A DNA stretch of 42,651 bases, from positions 1 through 42,651 of the IMG/VR virus record IMGVR_UViG_2700989535_000001; one strand, given 5' to 3'. Below, piece after piece: positions 41,719 through 42,651 of the stretch. The position numbers were made by a program, and so were the translations under genes. Every line of letters starts with the position of its first letter. The stretch's first letter is position 1. The notes under the pieces are model-generated. The model did not search any database and was not told where the DNA came from. It saw only the letters and a program-made list of their open reading frames with translations. This DNA is from a virus. Its lineage: Duplodnaviria; Heunggongvirae; Uroviricota; Caudoviricetes.

Positions 41719-42651
41719 TTATGCTGGGTTTTTATCATTTTTCTTAATGTTTTCCGCACGTTCTGCTTTTTGGCGTGCTTCTGCTTTACGCTTGTTGCTC
41801 ATGTCGTTACGAATCTGTGCATGACTCATTAACGCGAAGATAAAGGTGCCGCCGCAGATGTTCCCCGCTAAAGTAGGTAGTGCGAAGGGCCAGATGAAAT
41901 CGCTCCAGTGCAGCGTGCCGTTAAACACCAGATAGAGGATTTCAACAGAACCGACAACGATGTGGGTGGTGTCACCCAGTGCAATAAGCCAGGTCATCAA
42001 TATAATCACCACAATCTTTGCCGCACCCGCAGCAGGAAACATCCAAACCATAGTGGCGATCAGCCAGCCGGAAATGATCGCGTTGGCAAACATCTCGCTG
42101 GGGGTGTTCTTCATCACATCCATGCCGATTTTGACAAATGCATCGCGAGTTTCTTCATTGAAGATAGGCATATATTCAAATGCCCATGCAGCAATACCTG
42201 TCCCGAGAATATTACCCAGCAGCACGACGCCCCATAATCGCATAAGTAAGCCGACGTTGCTCATTGTCGGTTTTTGCATGACGGGTAGTACCGCAGTCAC
42301 GGTGTTTTCGGTAAATAATTGCTGGCGGGCCATAATGACGATAATAAAACCAAAGGTATAACCGAGATTCTCCAGTAAGAAGCTGCCTGGCACTCCTTCC
42401 AGTTCGACATGAAATATCCCTTTTGCCAGTAGCGAAGCGCCCATCGACAGACCCGCCGCAATGGCTGACCACAGTAGCGCCATTGCGTCGCGTTCCAGCT
42501 CTTTTTCACCATCCTGGCGGATATGCTCATGAATTGCCATCGCCCGGGAGGGGAGTCGGTCTTCATCTATTTCTATTTTTTTGCCGCGCTCTTTTTCTTC
42601 GCTCTCAACTTCAATTTCGTCGCTGTGTTGATCAATTTTGTCGTTGTCCAT
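41719..42651 (-). CDS. yfdC: Formate/nitrite-transporter-family inner membrane protein YfdC (host gene)
   Basis: 310-aa ORF recalled as E. coli YfdC; it is the known neighbour of argW. Confidence 0.8.
   Translation of the reverse strand: MDNDKIDQHSDEIEVESEEKERGKKIEIDEDRLPSRAMAIHEHIRQDGEKELERDAMALLWSAIAAGLSMGASLLAKGIFHVELEGVPGSFLLENLGYTFGFIIVIMARQQLFTENTVTAVLPVMQKPTMSNVGLLMRLWGVVLLGNILGTGIAAWAFEYMPIFNEETRDAFVKIGMDVMKNTPSEMFANAIISGWLIATMVWMFPAAGAAKIVVIILMTWLIALGDTTHIVVGSVEILYLVFNGTLHWSDFIWPFALPTLAGNICGGTFIFALMSHAQIRNDMSNKRKAEARQKAERAENIKKNDKNPA

Overview
The window is an E. coli chromosomal argW locus occupied by an apparently intact, mosaic lambdoid prophage of about 39.9 kb (1690..41583). 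It is bounded by a 15-bp direct repeat (TGGTGTCCCCTGCAG) that forms the 3' end of tRNA-Arg (41569..41643), with host cscB-like sucrose permease on the left and yfdC on the right. All protein identifications are recalled similarity and gene-order reasoning, not computed searches. Module order left to right: TorI-like excisionase; a leftward early operon (N, accessory ORFs, cIII/kil-like, Erf-like recombinase, SSB, 3'-5' exonuclease, Ea22/Lar/ASCH-like 'ea' genes); immunity region (cI, cro, cII, with AATACnnnnnGTATT operators); replication (O-like initiator with embedded iterons, DnaB-like helicase); a lambda-like nin region with a Dam-type methyltransferase; Q, PR'/tR'; lambda-like lysis S/R/Rz/Rz1; P22/Sf6-like virion genes (small and large terminase, portal, scaffold, coat, gp4, gp10, knobbed tail needle, ejection proteins, tailspike); orphan mnt; gtrA/gtrB/gtrS-like O-antigen glucosylation genes; P4-type integrase. 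I found no single unambiguous novel system. The best candidates for undescribed function are a small 3-helix membrane protein coupled to cI, and an uncharacterised gene cluster directly downstream of N. Other notable points are an SSB whose DDDIPF tip is not C-terminal, an in-frame (GAGCCA)9 repeat, and an AT-rich tailspike/gtrS specificity module.
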